DNA of 64,000 nucleotides from Guillardia theta CCMP2712 (lineage: Eukaryota > Protista > Cryptophyta), in assembly GCF_000315625.1 (NCBI RefSeq), contig NW_005434472.1, positions 10,233-74,232 on the forward strand, read 5' to 3'. The notes beneath the pieces are model-generated. The model worked only from the letters and a program-made list of their open reading frames with translations. It did not search any database and was not told where the DNA came from. Shown piece by piece: positions 27,570 to 39,899 of this stretch. Within the stretch, counting starts at the first letter, position 1, and the number at the start of each line of letters is the position of its first letter. Both the position numbers and the translations under genes were made by a program.

Positions 27570-27835
27570 GTCCGCTGGGATACAGCAGAGAGAGAGCTCC
27601 CCAGGAAGAATCCGAGTCGACGCTTCCTCCCTATCGTATCCAGCGACAAACCTCTCCTAGCTCCTTGTCTTGGTCTGCTCCTCCCTTCCCTCCCCTCACT
27701 TTCCCAGTTTCCTCCTTCTTGCCCACCCCTCAATTAAAACATCTTGAGGTATGAAAGAGGGGGTGGGGTCGTGAACCTCCCAGGATTCATGCGTGGAGAT
27801 AGACGTATGTGGAGCCGGATGCGACGACGGAAGAC

Positions 27836-27950
<115 letters not shown>

Positions 27951-28435
27951 GGAGCAGGGAGGAGGATCAGAGGGAATAATGAGAATGGGAGCACTTGATG
28001 AACGACGTGGAAGTAGATAGTGTATCACAAGGATTGGACAGTGATTAGAAACTACGGTGCGACCGACTTCGGAAAAGAAATGGCGGGAAGAAGAGAAGCG
28101 AATCGGGTAGCAGGGTAGCATTAGAGGGAAGAAGGGGCTAGGCAGAGCAAGGGTCTCACTTGCACATGGAATGAGAGTGTTGTCGATACAAACCCAATCT
28201 GATTCGTGATCCTCCCCTCCCTCCCAGTTTCGACCTGCTTCTCGATCCAAGGCAAGATTCCCGGCAAGCAGTGGCTGCTCTTGGTTCTCTGCTTCCTTGT
28301 CTGTTCAGTGAACGGTTTCACCGCCGTTTGTATGAGTGACCTCTCCCAACCGCAAGCGAAGAAGCCCAGTAAGAGCTCTGACATCCCTTTCGTGCATCTG
28401 AGTGACTTGCGTTGAAAGGATCAGAAACGACAGAC

Positions 28436-29677
28436 ATGGCGTCAAGGAGAGTGGTGCTCCTGTTATCTTGCATGCTATCCTCCCTTACGCCACACCATTA
28501 GGTCACTTTTGTGACTGGAAACGCAAAGAAGCTGCAGGAGGTGTTGTATGATCGTTTAAGCCCGAGTCTGTTTCTTGCCCTTGCTCTCGTCTTCCTTCTC
28601 GCATCCTCGTGGAATCCTCCCTCCTCCTCCTCTCCCGTCTCTCTCCTCCTCTCCCGTCTCAACATCCTCTCAGGTCCAGAAGATCATCGGGGATGCGATT
28701 CCGATGACGAATCAGAAGATAGACCTCCCCGAGCTACAGGTGAGCTCGACACGAAGTCGGCAGCGGTCTCGTGCTCCCCTCCTTGACATTCCTCCTGTGA
28801 TGGTGCAGGGCGCTCCAGAGGATGTGTCCAGGGAGAAGTGTCGACTGGCAGCAAAGCAGGTCGTTCGTTGTGACCATCTCAGTTTGCTCGCCGTCATCTG
28901 CCGCAAGTGACATCGGACGCGAAGGTCAAAGGGCCCGTTCTCGTCGAAGACACCAGCCTCTGCTTCAACGCCCTCAACGGCCTCCCAGGTGCCTTTTGGA
29001 TCTTGAGCACATGGCCTTGCCGCCATGTGTGCTTGCTCGTGTTGTTTAATGTTGCTTGTGCGGATGCTTCTTGTCTTACCCCTCCATGTTCTAGGTGTCT
29101 ACATCAAGTGGTTTCTCGAAGGCATCGGACATGAGGGGCTCAACAACCTGCTAGCGGCCTACCCAGACAAATCCGCCTTTGCTCAGGTACACTTCTCCCA
29201 AGTCTCCTCCCCCACCCTCACACGGCTCAGTGCATCTTCGCATTCAGCAAGGACGCGGACGATGAGGTAAGGGAGCGAGCCGTCGCTGCCAGTCACCCTC
29301 ACCTGCTGCCCAGCCCAAGGTCTTCGTCGGGCGGACCAACGGCAAGATCGTTCCGGCGAGAGGAGTAAGTTCCTTACACGAGTGCCCTCCTACTGACGTC
29401 TTGTTCGACAGCCCACAGACTTCGGATGGGACCCAGTGGGCTCTTGCACTTGCTGCTGCTGGGCGTGACGGCTGACAACCTGCCGCAGGTGTTCCAGCCC
29501 GACGGGTATGACCAAACGTATGCGGAGATGGAGAAGGATCTCAAGAACTCCATATCTCACAGGTGATGGCTGAGGGTGCAGCTGCTAGCGCCTCCCCCTT
29601 GACGAGGGCGCAGGGGACGATCTCTCGAGAAGGTGAAGGAGTACTTCGCGTCGAACCCTCACCTCCTTGATAAATGA
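28436..29677 (+). CDS. ITPA: Inosine triphosphate pyrophosphatase (HAM1 family), 11 exons
   Basis: Spliced translation [69 protein letters not shown]. Confidence 0.95.
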
Positions 29678-30971
29678 CCTGTGAACTTTTCGCCCTGGCG
29701 GAAGCGTTACTTCCTAGCCAGACGGGTAGGAGACATGGAGCTTACGTTAGTTATGGCATGAAGAAATTTGATCCCAATCACACGAGTCTGTTACAGTGAG
29801 GTCGATTCGAACTCCATGAGTGTATAGAAGTGAGGGCAGCAGGCTGAAGATGTCAGAATTGTGTGTTGCAAGACCAAGCGTAGTTGAGTTACGGCGAGTG
29901 TTTTGAGGTCGCAATGGAGCAGGGGGCCTTATGGACGGTGGGCAAGGACGAGGCTTGAAGAAGATAGAAGAAGGAATGAGAGCATGGGAGAGGAGGGAGA
30001 GAGGAGGCGGTGTTGCAAGGAGGAGGGAGGCGTTCCGAAGGGAGAAAGGGACGGGGTAGGATTTGTTGCCATGGCCCAGTCGGGGGGAGTTCGGATCTCC
30101 TTGAGGAGGTGGGGGTTATAAAAGTAGGGGTAATTCGCCTCAATCAATTGGATGTACCGGTACTTTGGAGTTGCTTGACAGGTCAAAGAAAGGGTAATTA
30201 CATGTTTCTGTGTGAAACGAGAAGGTGGGGGTACTTTAGTGCTGGGTGGTGTAGTGGGTGCAACGATGTCCCTTGATGGCATTTTCGGTAGTTTCGAAGA
30301 ATGAAGGAGCGGAGGGAGAGGAGGGAGAGGGAGAGGGAGAGGGAGAGGGAGAGGGAGGAGGAGGAGGAGGAGGGAGGAGGAGGGAGGAGGGAGGAGGGAG
30401 GAGGGAGGAGGGAGGAGGGAGGAGGAGGAGGANNNNNNNNNNNNNNNNNNNNNNNNNNNNNNNNNNNNNNNNNNNNNNNNNNNNNNNNNNNNNNNNNNNN
30501 NNNNNNNNNNNNNNNNNNNNNNNNNNNNNNNNNNNNNNNNNNNNNNNNNNNNNNNNNNNNNNNNNNNNNNNNNNNNNNNNNNNNNNNNNNNNNNNNNNNN
30601 NNNNNNNNNNNNNNNNNNNNNNNNNNNNNNNNNNNNNNNNNNNNNNNNNNNNNNNNNNNNNNGGAGGGAGGGAGAGGGAGAGGGAGAGGGAGGGAGAGGG
30701 AGAGGGAGAGGGAGAGGGAGAGGGAGAGGGAGAGGAGGGAGAGAGTGGGCTGGAGTGACAAAGGGGACAGGATGAGGACAAGTTCGGGTGTTGGTGGCAT
30801 TGTCATGGCATACAATTCGTTGACGATGAGGTGAAGAGAGGGGGTGATAAGGTGTTGACAACGATTTGCTCAGGACAACAGCGAAAGGTCAGGAGAGAAA
30901 CGCCCTGTGGTTGGAAGCGTGAATGCAGTGGGAAAGTCCCCGCGAGGAGCAACTATAGAGCTTATAAGAAC

Positions 30972-32759
30972 ATGGAAGGACCCAAGAGCAACTTGCTGCA
31001 GCATCGCAAGGGAGTTGCCGTTGCTGCTGATGGCTGCAGGCTGGCCTACGAGACCTCTGGCGATCCTCAATCCAAGGACAAGGTAGAACACACCTCCGTC
31101 CCTTCTCCTGCTCCTTCTCCTGCTCCTTCTCCTCGTCCTCCTCCTCTTGCTCGTGCTCGTGCTGCTCCTGCTCCTGCATGACAGTGAGCAAGGTGCTGCT
31201 GGTGATGGGCTTCAGCTGCTGCCACTCGTACTGGGATCCGCAAAAGGAAGTGCTGTGTGGTGGAGGAGAAGCGGAGGAAGGAGGAGGACTCGAGATATGC
31301 TGGTTCGACAACCGCGGGGTAGGGAGCAGCGACATTCCCTTTGGGAGATACTCGACCAGGCAGCTCGCTGCCGACTGCATCAGCCTCATGCAGGCGCTGC
31401 GCTGGATCGACTCTCCTCCCCCTCCTCCGTCAGGGAGGAGCAAGGGCCTGAGGAGGAGGCAACTCCACGTGAGCCGACTTGTGCGTCCTGCTCTCTCTGA
31501 CGTGACCCCCGCCAGACGAGCAACAGGCTGCACCTGGTGGGATGGAGCCTGGGCGGAATGATCGTGCAAGAGCTGGTCCTCCTCCTCCTCGACGAGGGCA
31601 TCCAGCCAGCGTCGATGCTGTTGGCCTGCACGCACAGCGGCGGTTGGAGGATCCTTCCTCCTCTGGGCTCTTTCCTCGACATCCTCCGAGTCGCCACGTC
31701 GACCAACCCGTCGAGGAGGATCAGGACCGTCCTGCCGCTGCACTACACGACCGACTTCTTGAAGAGCGGAGGGCTGGGCGGCATGGCGTCTGAGGAGAGG
31801 ATGAACGGGTAGCGGTGGGGAAGGGGCAGGGGCGATGGCGACTGACGGGCTGGGCAGGGAGGTGCTGCATGAAGACTACAAGAGTCGCGCTCCCTTCCGT
31901 GACTTCTCCCTCGCCCGGCAGCTCCCGGGCATCATCGGGCACCTCCTCGCTACCGTCACGCATCATGTGAGCAGGCGGAGGCTACGGAGGATCGGGCAGA
32001 ACCTGGAGGGTCGATGCATCGTGGTGGCAGCGGGGAGGTAGTGTCGCCTGCTGCGCTAGGCACCGTCTGAGGGGTTGCAGGGACCGACTGATCCCGTCGA
32101 AGCACTCGCATCAACTCGCGGACTTCTTGGGGGAGGAGACGAAATTTGTGAGAGGAGGAGGGGAAGGAGATGGTGCAAGGGAGGGGGAGAGGAGGAGGGA
32201 AAGGGGGAGAGGAGGAGGGAAAAGGGGGAGGAATTCCTGACCTTCAACATGCAGTTCGAGTTCGAGGCCAACGGGCACATGATCAATGTTGAGATGAAGA
32301 GGTTGAAAGTTGAAGGCAGCACCAGAAGCCGTCTGACCCTTCCTTCCCTCTCCCCCTCCCCCTCCCCCTCCTTCCCGATTGTTCCTACTCGTCCTCTGCT
32401 TTCCCCGCTGTCGTTGCTCTCGCAGTGTCTTCAATCGCATCCTCTGGCATCATGTCATGGAGGCGAGCAAGGGCAAGCGAAACCCGGAAGTTTGGTCAGA
32501 GCTTGCGGAGCATGAGGGGAGCAGGTGGGCCTTGACTCTTGTGATCCCCCTCCAACCCGCCTGTCCTCCTCCCTCCACTTGCCCTTCTCCTCCTGGTTAA
32601 CGACCGGCAGGTCTAGGAGGAGGGCTAGCGGCCCATGGGATCGCCTCCTGCATGCCCTGCAGTAACTAGCTGCTTCCTTTTCCTGGGCTGACCTGACGCG
32701 TGCACCTCAGCGTCTTGCTGGGTTGGAACGTCAAGATGTTCATCGTCTTTCCTGTGAGC

Positions 32760-32796
<37 letters not shown>

Positions 32797-33269
32797 ACAG
32801 ATCTCCTCTAGTTCGCCTTTTTCATCAGCCTCATCGCCCTCCTCTGGAAGAATCTCTTCCTCAAGCCCTGCGTGAGCCTTTCTCCCTCACTATCCCTCTC
32901 TCTCTCTCTCTCTCCCTCCCTCCTCCTCCTCCTCCCGCTCATTCTCGCCATCAGACAATCCTCTTCGGCAAACATATCACGAGCATCAGCATCTCCCAGG
33001 TCCGTGGAAACCTCCTCCTTCCACCCTACTGCTCCTCCAGTTCCTCTTCAGCCCCTGCATGCCTCTTCCTGCCGGCCCCTCCTCCTCCTCCCCCCTCTTC
33101 CCGCCATAATTCGTTTGTCAACTCCTTCCCTGCCTTGCCTTCCCACACATCCCCCTTCCATGCCTTTCGCGCACTTAACGAGGGAGAGCAGATGAGGAGG
33201 GGGATTTTCTCTTGGGTCTCTTCCATGGTTTCACGCGAGCAGGTCAGGCGGCGGACTCATGAGCTGTAA
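30972..33269 (+). CDS. Alpha/beta hydrolase fold protein with a hydrophobic C-terminus ending in THEL
   Basis: LAYETSGD, VLLVMGFS, WFDNRGVGSS, nucleophile elbow LHLVGWSLGGMI and candidate catalytic His in GHMINVE. The last exon reads VRRRTHEL*. Confidence 0.85.
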
Positions 33270-33419
33270 ACTAGAACTTGTAAAGTAGGACCGTGACCTC
33301 TTCCCTCTACCTTCCAGCCTCCTCAACCTCGTCACCCTCACTGTTGCTCCCGGAGCGACGGCAGACATTCCTGTCTGAATACCGCAAGCTCTCGCTCGCC
33401 TCGTGTCGATAACTCCTCC

Positions 33420-33455
<36 letters not shown>

Positions 33456-33483
33456 CCCCAGTGCGCAGACTTCACCTCCCGGT

Positions 33484-36400
33484 CTAGGGAGACCCGCAGC
33501 AACCGGGGCACAGGGGGCCCTCAGGGGTATCGAAGTAGCTGCCGGAGATCTCGAAGTGGCACTGCTTGCAGACCTTGGGAGGGTTGAGGGCCTGGTAGCA
33601 GTCGATGCAGCAGGCGCCCTGCCCCTCGTAGTCGGGGATGTACTTGTTGCCGACGGGCCTCTGGCAGCTGAAGCAGATCTTGGAGGGGAGCTTCTGATAG
33701 CAGTCAAGGCAGCAGGGGCCCTGGTTGTCGACGTCAGGGTAGTACTGCCCTTGCACTCGCTGCCCGCACGCGAAGCAGCAGGTCGGCGGGTTGGCGATCT
33801 CATGGCAGTTGGGGCATCTCGGCCCATCGTCGCCCATGTAGTAGGAGGAGAGGTCAGCCCGGCAGTCGATGCAGCAGAAGGCAGTGAAGCCCTTGTCCGC
33901 CATCAGCTCCGCCTCCTCGGCCAACACGGGATCCGTCGGAACGGGGCTCAGCTGAGCTCCAGGGGCGCTGACCGTGATCCAGAAGGGGCTCTGGACGCCG
34001 TTGGTCCAGCAGGAAGCCACCAGGTGATACTCCTTGCCTGCCTCCACTAGGAACCTGCCGCTCCCATGCCTCAGACTGCAGGTGAGGACCTGTCGAGCGT
34101 CCGGGCCCGTCTGCTGGGAAGACAGCTCGATGATGGAGAGGGTGCAGAGGTTCTTGTGCGAGGCGGTTTGGTTGGGGCGGAAGAGAGGCCTGGAGTCGGG
34201 GAGGTAGAGGGAGAAGATCGCCTCACAGTCCTCCTGCACCCTCAACGACACGCGAGGGTTGAAGGCGAAGGTCCGGCACTTGGGCGGCCCTCCTGCGGTC
34301 TTGCCAGCGATCCAGTGAGAAGCAAAACCTACCACGTGGCACTTGCTGGCGTTGGACATCTTTGACAGGGTGACAGGGTCGCAGATGTCAATCTCCGAGT
34401 ACCAGGCAACGAAGTCCTCCCAGCACATCCAGAAGGACCCGTCCTCCTCGTCCTCGTGGTCCAGCTGGGACTTGAGCTCGGGGGTCCAGAGCTCTGACTT
34501 GTCGGAGTATCTTCCGTTCCATTCGAACTCTCCCCAGGGGTTTCTGATCTGCACAAACCTCCCAGCTGCTACTTCAGCCATCTTCAGCACGCTGTACGCG
34601 TGGCCGTCCACGAGCCCCATGCTCTGAGGGTTACCAGGCGCATCGGAGCGGACACTGCAAGACAGGAAGCACGAGTTGTCCTTGCCGCTCTCGTCGGGGT
34701 AGAGCGCAGCGAAGGCGATAGACCAGGCCTGTGACCCATCAGATCTCAGAGAGTCAGCGGGAGGCTTGCGGGCCCTCACCTTGTCAGGCTCATCGAGAGA
34801 GATGGACTGTACAGTCCCTCCTGTGAGATAGTTGGTGGTGTCGGCTGGGGAAGACAAGCACCACAGGTCACATGGAGGCTCTAGGTGCGGTGTCGATACT
34901 AGTTACCGGTCAAACCCCCCGCAGTCGCTTCATACGACAGATGAAGCTTAGCCCACGCCTTCTCGAACACTAGAGGCCAGAGCTCCTTGGTGTTCACCTC
35001 CTACACCCACAAGTCAAGATGCCAGGGCGAGTCGTTACACTTCCACCTGCCCAGAGTGATCCTTGAATCCGCAGAAGATGGGATACCAGAGCGAACCCCT
35101 GCGCACACAGGGAAACTGAAACCACGGGTCAGTCGCCGCCTCGACTTGCAGTCACGTTACCCGGTCGTCAATGAGGACAGTCACCCACTTGCCGTTGAGG
35201 AAGAACTTCACGCCAAACATCCCTTGGTCCATACCATCTTCTATGCACAGATCGTGAAGCAGGATGTCCGAGCTCCCGATGCTGCAGGCTGAGATGGCCG
35301 CGAGGTAGTAGCAGTTCCCAAGTCTCCCCTGCATCCTCCACCTTGACGACTGTTGATGGCCAGCACTGAGACATACCTGAGCAACATCGTCGGGGTCGAT
35401 CCCTCCGCTCCAAACTTTGGGCTTCAGACTAGGATCTGATGGAGAGTGACTTTTCGTGGAAACCGGCGCTGACATCATCAAACCTCCGATCTCATTTGGG
35501 CGCTTCCACTCGATCCCCTCTACTCCAGCAAGGAAAGCGTCCTATCGGGTGAAATCAGCAAGTGAGAAAACGGGTGGATCTCGTATGCCTGATCCTTGCG
35601 GAAAGTCTGCTGAACGCCTGTGTTCATCCCAGCGTAGGACGGGTCAGCATAAAGGGCGAACGCGTTGCTCGGAAAGGTCCTGTTTGTTCGTCGAAGTTAG
35701 ACCCAACGTTCTTCGACAGACAGAACATGTCAGCAATCTCTCACGGATCCTCAAAGAGTTGTCCGGAGCCCTTCAAGATTTCTGAGAGCCGCTTCACAGA
35801 GCTCTGCAGAAATCAGAGTCATTCCTGTGGCCTCAAGCTGAGAATCGTCGAACCTCCCCCTGAAGGTCTCTGCTGACTTCGTATGGCTTCCAGGATTCTG
35901 CAAAAATCTCGTAGTATGGCTGCGAACGCACGTTAACTTAATCTTTCTTCCTTGCACTTCACAACCTCAGTAGGATGCGACGTAGGGTCGGCCATCCTGT
36001 GCCTTTCGTAAAGCTCCTTGACGATGTTTGCAGCCTGTTGTTTGGAACTTCATTGATTCAGAAAGGCCAATATTTTCGTCACCTCCGCTCCATGCTTCGC
36101 AGCAAAACTGTTAAGGGCACTTTGCACGTCGTATCCTGAAGATTGTGGTTCAGAGAATCAAGGACAACTCATGTATTCGCCATTTCACCTTCCTTCTTGA
36201 TCCAATGTGGACCAGTTTGGGGGACTTCCTCTGGCTCTGGTTGTAAGGTGATAAGGTCGTTGCTTTTCCATGGATTCCAGGCACTCACTGTATTCCCTTT
36301 CTTCTCTTTGCTCCTCCTTTTCTTGCTTCTCGTCCTCGTTGTTTTGCTCTTGGTCCTCAGCAATGTCTTGAATGGTCTGGTGCGCATCAAAATTGGGCAC

Positions 36401-36977
36401 TTGCTTCCAGAACATTCACCTCAGCCACCTCTTGAAGATCCTCAGCCACCTGCTCGCCGGAGAATTCCTCCACCTTCTTCTCGGCCTCCTCCAACAAGAC
36501 ATCAACGTCGGGCAAGTCCAGCTTCTCTTCAACAGCTTCTGCTCCCACCAGAAACGTCAAGGGGCTTCATCCTTGAGCCTGTCAGGAGGTACTCTGGATG
36601 TCCGAGAGGGATGGAGCAGCGATCGAGAGATTCACGTCCTGATTCACCACCGCCTCCTGCATGCTGCGGGAGCAGTCATGGCGTGAATGGAGGGAGGAAA
36701 CGTTCAATCCGACCTGCTCGTAGTGACCGGAGGGGTCGAGATCGGTGCCTCGCTGACTGTTTGCACGGCCCCCGCATCAACAGCTGCACCGGCAAATCAA
36801 GGCGAGGATCGTTCATACGTCAACTCCCATCACCTGCTGAGGGGGATCCCTCGTCCTCGCCCCCTCCGAAGCAAGAGAAGCAGCAGATGTCTTGGTCCTC
36901 ATCAGTGGAGGCCTGCAAAGAGACATGTAGCTCAGGAATGACGCTTGCCCCACAGCCAAGCAAACTTGGATTACCAT
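33484..36977 (-). CDS. Calpain-type cysteine protease (CysPc + domain III-like) with four C-terminal Cys4 zinc-finger repeats
   Basis: Catalytic triad motifs QGRLGNCYYLAA, GHAYSV and IRNPWG are present, plus GKWVTVLIDD, ELWPLVFEKAWAK, DGSFWM and TAGG..NP. The N-terminus is acidic and the C-terminus has CxxC..CxxC four times. Confidence 0.9.
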
Positions 36978-38471
36978 CTGCACAAACACCGAGTCAGTGA
37001 TCTTAGGCACGGAAAGAAACTACTCCTAGGAAACATCAAGCTTTGGGGAGGGTTGCTTCTGAATTTTGATGAACAAATTATGCATTGCTCGATGTAATGT
37101 AGATTCTCAGCTCAAAAATCCTTCTCCGACTCTAGCATGATCTTCTCAAAAACCGAATTTTTTCACCTGGGCTCTCAGCACTCGTGAAAAACCTCGGCTT
37201 GCCTTCTCAGTCTCCCAACTTGATTAGTATGCTTCATCTTTTGCCTTCTCGTCTTCCATGGTTCCCTCTTTACTGTTCCCCTGACCTCTACTCTTCTTCC
37301 CTATCTCAATTTCTCCCCTCCTCCGCCTCCTGTCCTCCTCTCTTCCTCCTCTCTTCATCTCCCCGGCTCCATCCTCCCTCCCTCTCCTCCCGGAGTGTTC
37401 ATCGCCGCCTCGTGATCCCTGCTGAGGACTGCATGAGTCGCAGGTGTCACTGGGTCAAATTCAAAATCGGAAAGGTGGGGTGGCGAGAAATAGTAGGTGG
37501 GGTGAGTCTAGTAGGGGGTCATTTATAAGCTCTGATCAGTATATATGGAGGTAGGGGTACTGAAAGTTTGGTTGTGGGGTGGGTCCCCAAGAACTCCGTT
37601 CGGACCGCACCGTCGGACGTGGCGGGGGTAGTTACTGGTTTCCTGATTTTCCTCGTACTGATTTTAACTTAACTTTGAGTAAAGGGTTTCCCGATGACTC
37701 ATATAAATAACGTACCGAACTTGATCTGGTCACCGGGTCAGAGCGGCCGGGCCGCTCGGCCCTGCCCGGCTGGCGGCCAGTGACTCACTGAGTCAGTGAC
37801 CCGGCCCTGCCCGGCTGGGCCAGTGATCGGACCCGGTGACCCGGCCGGGCATCGCCGGACCGTCGGACCGCCGGCCGCCCGGGGGGCTGATCTACTTGGT
37901 CTTTACACTGGCACGGTCAGTGCCAAAATTGTCCGACCCTCGTGTGATTAGTAACGTAAGCCAGCCTCAGGTCCGAGATGATCCGGGCCTCACCGTCCGT
38001 CACGCCGAGCCTGCTGCTGCCAGCGAGCGACCGTCCGACGCTCAGCACTGGCAGCAGCGCCGCGGCCCCCGGCGGCCCGGCGGCCGGCGCCGCCGGGCCG
38101 CGGGGTCCGTGGCACTGGCCGGGCCGGGCCATCACCTTGAATTCTGAGCAGGTGCTGTATGAGGGCACAGTGTCTGCCTGCGTGCGCCATGGGGTTGCGT
38201 GACAAAGCTAGGGGAAGGGGGGGCGGGAGAGGAGGAGGAGAGAGGATAGGATGGGAGAGCAGAGTAGAGGATGTGGGTCCCAAGAGGACGGACAGGCAAG
38301 CGGGAAGGAGAGGAGGGGAGAAGGAAGTGTGGAGGACGGAGGAAAGAAGCGAATGAAAGGAAGGGAGGGATCGAGAAGTTAATCGCGGAAGGAAAGAACA
38401 ACCTTCAGCACCCAATGCTTTGCTCTCTTCAGATCTATCCATCCACCTGAAGTTTCCACACAGGATTCAAC

Positions 38472-39735
38472 ATGCCAGCGAACTCGGCGAATTATGCTCC
38501 TACCAACACTCCTCTGCAACAGGCAGCGGCTGAGCGATCACACCCTGAAGTCCCCAAGGTTGCGTCGTGACCGGAGGGACGGGCTTCGTGGGCCAGCGGC
38601 TGGTGGAGATGCTGATAGAGCGAGGAGCCGAACGTGTCGTATCCTTCGACATCGTCCCGGCCCCATCCGAGGCCTGGAAGCATCCCAAGATCGAGTGGAG
38701 GGTCGGGGACATCTGCGACAAGGAGGCGGTGCTGGATGCTGTGAAGGGAGCGGACTGTGTCTGGCACAACGCAGCGGCCGTGGGGCCGTTCCACCCCAAG
38801 TGGCTGTACATGAAGGTGAACTATGAGGGGACGCTGAACGTGATAGAGGCGTGCAAGCAGGCCGGAGTGAAGAAGGTAGTTATGTCATCGTCCCCATCGA
38901 CGAGGTTCACGGGAGTGGACGTGGATGGGTTGACGGAGGCCCAGCTCCCTCCGCTCCCTCTCAAGCGCTACCTCCAGGGGTACGCGGAGACCAAGGCTAT
39001 CGGCGAGCTCGCGATGAGGAACGCGTGCTGTGATGAGCTGATGACGATTGCGGTGGCTCCTCATCAGGTTTATGGCCCCAGGGACAACCTGTTCCTGCCC
39101 AACTTGCTAGAGGCTGCAGGCAACAACAAGCTGCGGATCTTTGGCCCGGGGCACAACAAGACTTGCTTCACGCACGTGGACAACTACTGTCACGCGCTGA
39201 TCATCTCCGAAAGGACGCTGAAGAAGGGCTCCCCCACCCTCGGCAAGTTCTACATAGTCACCGACGGCCGCACCCAGCCCGAGGGGCAGCACCTGATCTT
39301 CTGGAAAGTTCTGGATGAGGCGGTGACGGGCATGGGCTTCACGTCCTTGTGGTCTAAGTGGCATCTTCCCAAGTGGTTCCTCTTCTTGCTCGCGTACCTG
39401 TCCGAGTTCGTAGGGATGATTCTCAACCAGAAGTTCAAGCTCAACGTGTTCAACGTGCTGGTGCTCACCATGCACCGCTGGTTTGACATCAGTGCTGCCG
39501 AGAAGGACCTCTCGTACCAGCCGATCATCAGCTTCCGACAGGGATGGGACGAGACCATCTGGTGGTTCAAGCAGAACTGGCTCCCCAACTTCAAGCGGGA
39601 GAGCTCCTATACTGGAATCGCCACCAACACGCAGAAGAAGATCGACATTCAGTCAAGAAAGCACCAAGGTGAGCGACAACCTCGCCTCCCATGAGCTCAC
39701 TGGGCATGGCAGGCGAGAAGCCCCACAAGGCGTGA
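38472..39735 (+). CDS. 3-beta-hydroxysteroid dehydrogenase/decarboxylase (NSDHL/ERG26-like extended SDR)
   Basis: VTGGTGFVG Rossmann motif, VNYEGTLNVIEAC, SSPS, YAETK, VYGPRD, FTHVDN and AEKDLSYQP. There is a final intron at ~39669-39713 and an apparent 1-nt frameshift near 38558. Confidence 0.88.
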
Positions 39736-39899
39736 GGCGCCTGCTAGTCGTGAGGGGCGTCGAAGAAGCTCCTGGGCGTCTGGACCGAAGGTGTTGGGTT
39801 CGATTTGGTGGACGTGTAGCTCTCGCGCGACCGGATCTGCGGGGAGGAAGGATAAGTGAGTGACATGTAAGTGAAGGGAAGAGCAACCGAAGTCTCCAC

